From assembly GCF_009914755.1 (NCBI RefSeq), contig NC_060936.1: 64,000 nucleotides of DNA. One strand, written 5' to 3'. The DNA is from the human T2T-CHM13v2.0 reference genome, Homo sapiens. Both the position numbers and the translations under genes were made by a program. The notes under the pieces are model-generated. The model did not search any database. It was given only the letters and a program-made list of their open reading frames with translations, and was not told the DNA's origin. Positions within the stretch are counted from its first letter, which is position 1, and each line of letters begins with the position of its first letter. This document shows, in pieces, positions 61,102-64,000 of this stretch.

Positions 61102-62343
61102 TAGGTTTTATAAACAAGTATAATGAAAATATTTAGATATCCTTTATTTTCAAAGATTATACTAACACTTAATGTATAGTACCATTTGAATTATAAGATT
61201 AAATGTACTTGATAAGTAAGGGTCAGGCAATCTCCAGGAGATTTGTTTTCTAGAAGTTTTTTGTAAAGAATATTTTACACTTAAAGTCAATTTAAGATGT
61301 AGACAGATTATACTTTATGGATACAAATGCGTACATACATAGTTTTTATCATCTGTGTTAAATATTTTTTGTCCAAATGAAGTCTCAGATTTTGTTGCAG
61401 TAGATATCATTTGATGACATTAAAAACATTCTGTGTCCATGGTGATTTTGGGAGAGGTTGAGTTTTTCTTGATGTGCTTCCTTTTTCCCCCTTCTTTTTA
61501 TTTTTATGAAAATAGTATATGCATGTATATAAAACATCAAAAAGTGCTAAAGCTTAAAGGGAAAGATAATTCTTCCCAGTTCCTTCCTGTATTTCAGTCT
61601 TGCTCTCCAAAGGCACACTTTTAACTCTTTGTTTCTTCTTTTTTTTACATCCTTATTTTTTGTATACGTCCTTATTTTTTATCTCTTATTGTGTAAATTT
61701 TCAAATATACGTAAAGTAGAGAAAATAGTGTAAAGAGCCCCTACGTTCCCATCACCCAGCTTCAACAATTAATTTATTGCACATTCTTTCTTGAGTACAT
61801 GGCTAAAATCACGTTAACTTGGATAAAGCTTTTGAGTGAAATGACACAGGACTCTGCCACTAGCCCCATGCTGGTGACAGATTTTTGTTTGTGATATGGC
61901 TAAAGATGTAATGGGGATACTTACCTACTTTCTGTTGATTTTGACTATCAAAGGGAAGTTGGATCACTACTATACATTGGGGGAAGGAAGATCATGTCAT
62001 TTTTAGTACTGCCATGTCCTCTGATTAAAGTGGAAAACTACAACAGATTTAGGCAGGTCTACTCATTTCAGAACTCTAGTAGATATCCTAAATCAGGGTT
62101 GAAGAGGGATTAAAAACAAATGTTTAGATTTAGATTAAAGAGCTGAATTAAGTAATACAAGATATATGTAGAGATTTATCTTTCCATTTGAGTAGCAGTA
62201 AGTGGGGAAAAATGTGTGTATTTTAGTTCTTAGAATGTTGATATTTTGTAACAGTGTGATGGAGTTACTCAAAATGCCAATACATACTTAGCTTACATTA
62301 ATAACTCTAATACCCAGGTTGTGGAAACTAGTTAGTTATAGTA

Positions 62344-62540
62344 CAGGTTGAGTATCCCTAATTGAAATGCTCCAATACTGGAAACTTTTTGAGTGCCATC
62401 GTAATGCCCAATGGAAATGCTCATTGGAGCATTTTGGATTTCAGATTAGGGATGCTGAACTGGTAAGTATATAATGCAAATATTCCAAGATCTGAAATAC
62501 TTCTGGTCCCAACCATTTTGGATGAGGGGTACTCATCATG
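62344..62540. mobile_element. Tigger4a MITE (opposite orientation to the copy at 14374)
   Basis: ta|caggttgagtatccct...ggggtactcatcatg|ta. Confidence 0.72.
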
Positions 62541-62579
62541 TATCTAGGTCATGGGAATTGATAGTTGCATTAAATTCCG

Positions 62580-63193
<614 letters not shown>

Positions 63194-63204
63194 TCTTTTT
63201 AAAA

Positions 63205-63320
63205 TTGTTTTTATTTTTTATTTTTAAACTTTTAAGTTCAGGATACAAGTGCAGGTTTGTTACATAGGTAACCATGTGTCATGGGGGTTTGTTGTGCAGA
63301 TTACTTCATAACCCAGGTAT
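63205..63320 (-). mobile_element. L1PA 3' end fragment
   Basis: ttttaagttcaggatacaagtgcaggtttgttacataggta. Confidence 0.7.
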
Positions 63321-63619
63321 ATTCCATGGAATTTTTATTGGTCAGATCATAGCTGGTGTTTGGTGGTGCCATGTTTTGAGAGGGTCACAAACTGCAGCAT
63401 CCCTAGATGCAGCTGATCAGGATGTCAGAAGGTCTGAGAACCATGCCTTCTTGTTTGTCTTCTCTTTGTTAGTGTCTGTATAGTTTGGCCTTTAAAAGAG
63501 AAATCTGTGGAATGATGTGGTGGGTTTCTTTAAATATTTGAGGGACATTCAGAATGAAGAGGGAACAGATTTGATCTCTGTGGCTCCAGTAGGCTAAACT
63601 AAAACCAAAAGGTGAAGAT

Positions 63620-63975
63620 GACAGATAGTAATGATAATAATTGCCAACATCATGAAGCTCTCAACTCTATGGCAGGCATTATGCTAATAGCTTTAAACAT
63701 ACCATGTTCCATAAAGCATGTAACAGCCTTCCGGCAGAAAATAATAAATGTAACAATTAATGTTTATGGAGTGCTTACTATATGCTAGTAGGTATTCCAG
63801 GAACTTGACACATACCTCCTGTAATGATCAGAAAATTGTATGAGGTAGATACTTTTGTTGCCATTTTGTAGATGAGAAAACCCTACAGAGATTAAACTTG
63901 CCCAAGTTTAAACAACTAGTAGGTGGCAGATGCAGGCAGTTCAACTCTACAGCCCAGGCTGTTAACTACTACTAT
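63620..63975 (-). mobile_element. MIR fragments
   Basis: gagtgcttactatatgc...cattttgtagatgagaaaac...aacttgcccaag. Confidence 0.65.
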
Positions 63976-64000
63976 AAACCATTTTTATCCCATTTTTAGA

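Overview
Human (primate) genomic DNA. It contains two divergently transcribed protein-coding genes whose CpG-island promoters are about 23 kb apart. On the minus strand are coding exons 1-5 of ALDH1L2 (mitochondrial 10-formyltetrahydrofolate dehydrogenase; ATG at 18206, exon 5 ends at 358). On the plus strand are coding exons 1-13 of WASHC4/KIAA1033/SWIP (ATG at 41620, exon 13 ends at 61100). All exons were assembled by hand with GT-AG boundaries and consistent phases. The rest is mostly transposable-element sequence: about 40 Alus, MIRs, L1 fragments, ERV LTRs (MER61-like x2, MER11, MLT1, LTR16-like) and DNA transposons (Tigger1, Tigger2a, Tigger4a x2, MER2, MER3, MER5, MER58A, MADE1 x2). Most ORFs in the supplied track are repeat-derived noise. 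I see no new multi-gene system. The most interesting items are: (1) a TSD-flanked BC200 (BCYRN1) retrocopy in WASHC4 intron 7, which with an antisense Alu brackets an in-frame 147-nt exon 8-9 cassette; (2) a pair of ATF4-type CARE motifs in ALDH1L2 intron 1; (3) a ~250-bp L1-tail/LTR-like composite duplicated on both sides of WASHC4 exon 7; (4) a palindromic double-Kozak ATG in frame with WASHC4; (5) a near-perfect AluYc1-type insertion; (6) a (TA)26 microsatellite that arose inside an Alu target-site duplication. Repeat subfamily names come from remembered consensus sequences and need RepeatMasker/Dfam confirmation.
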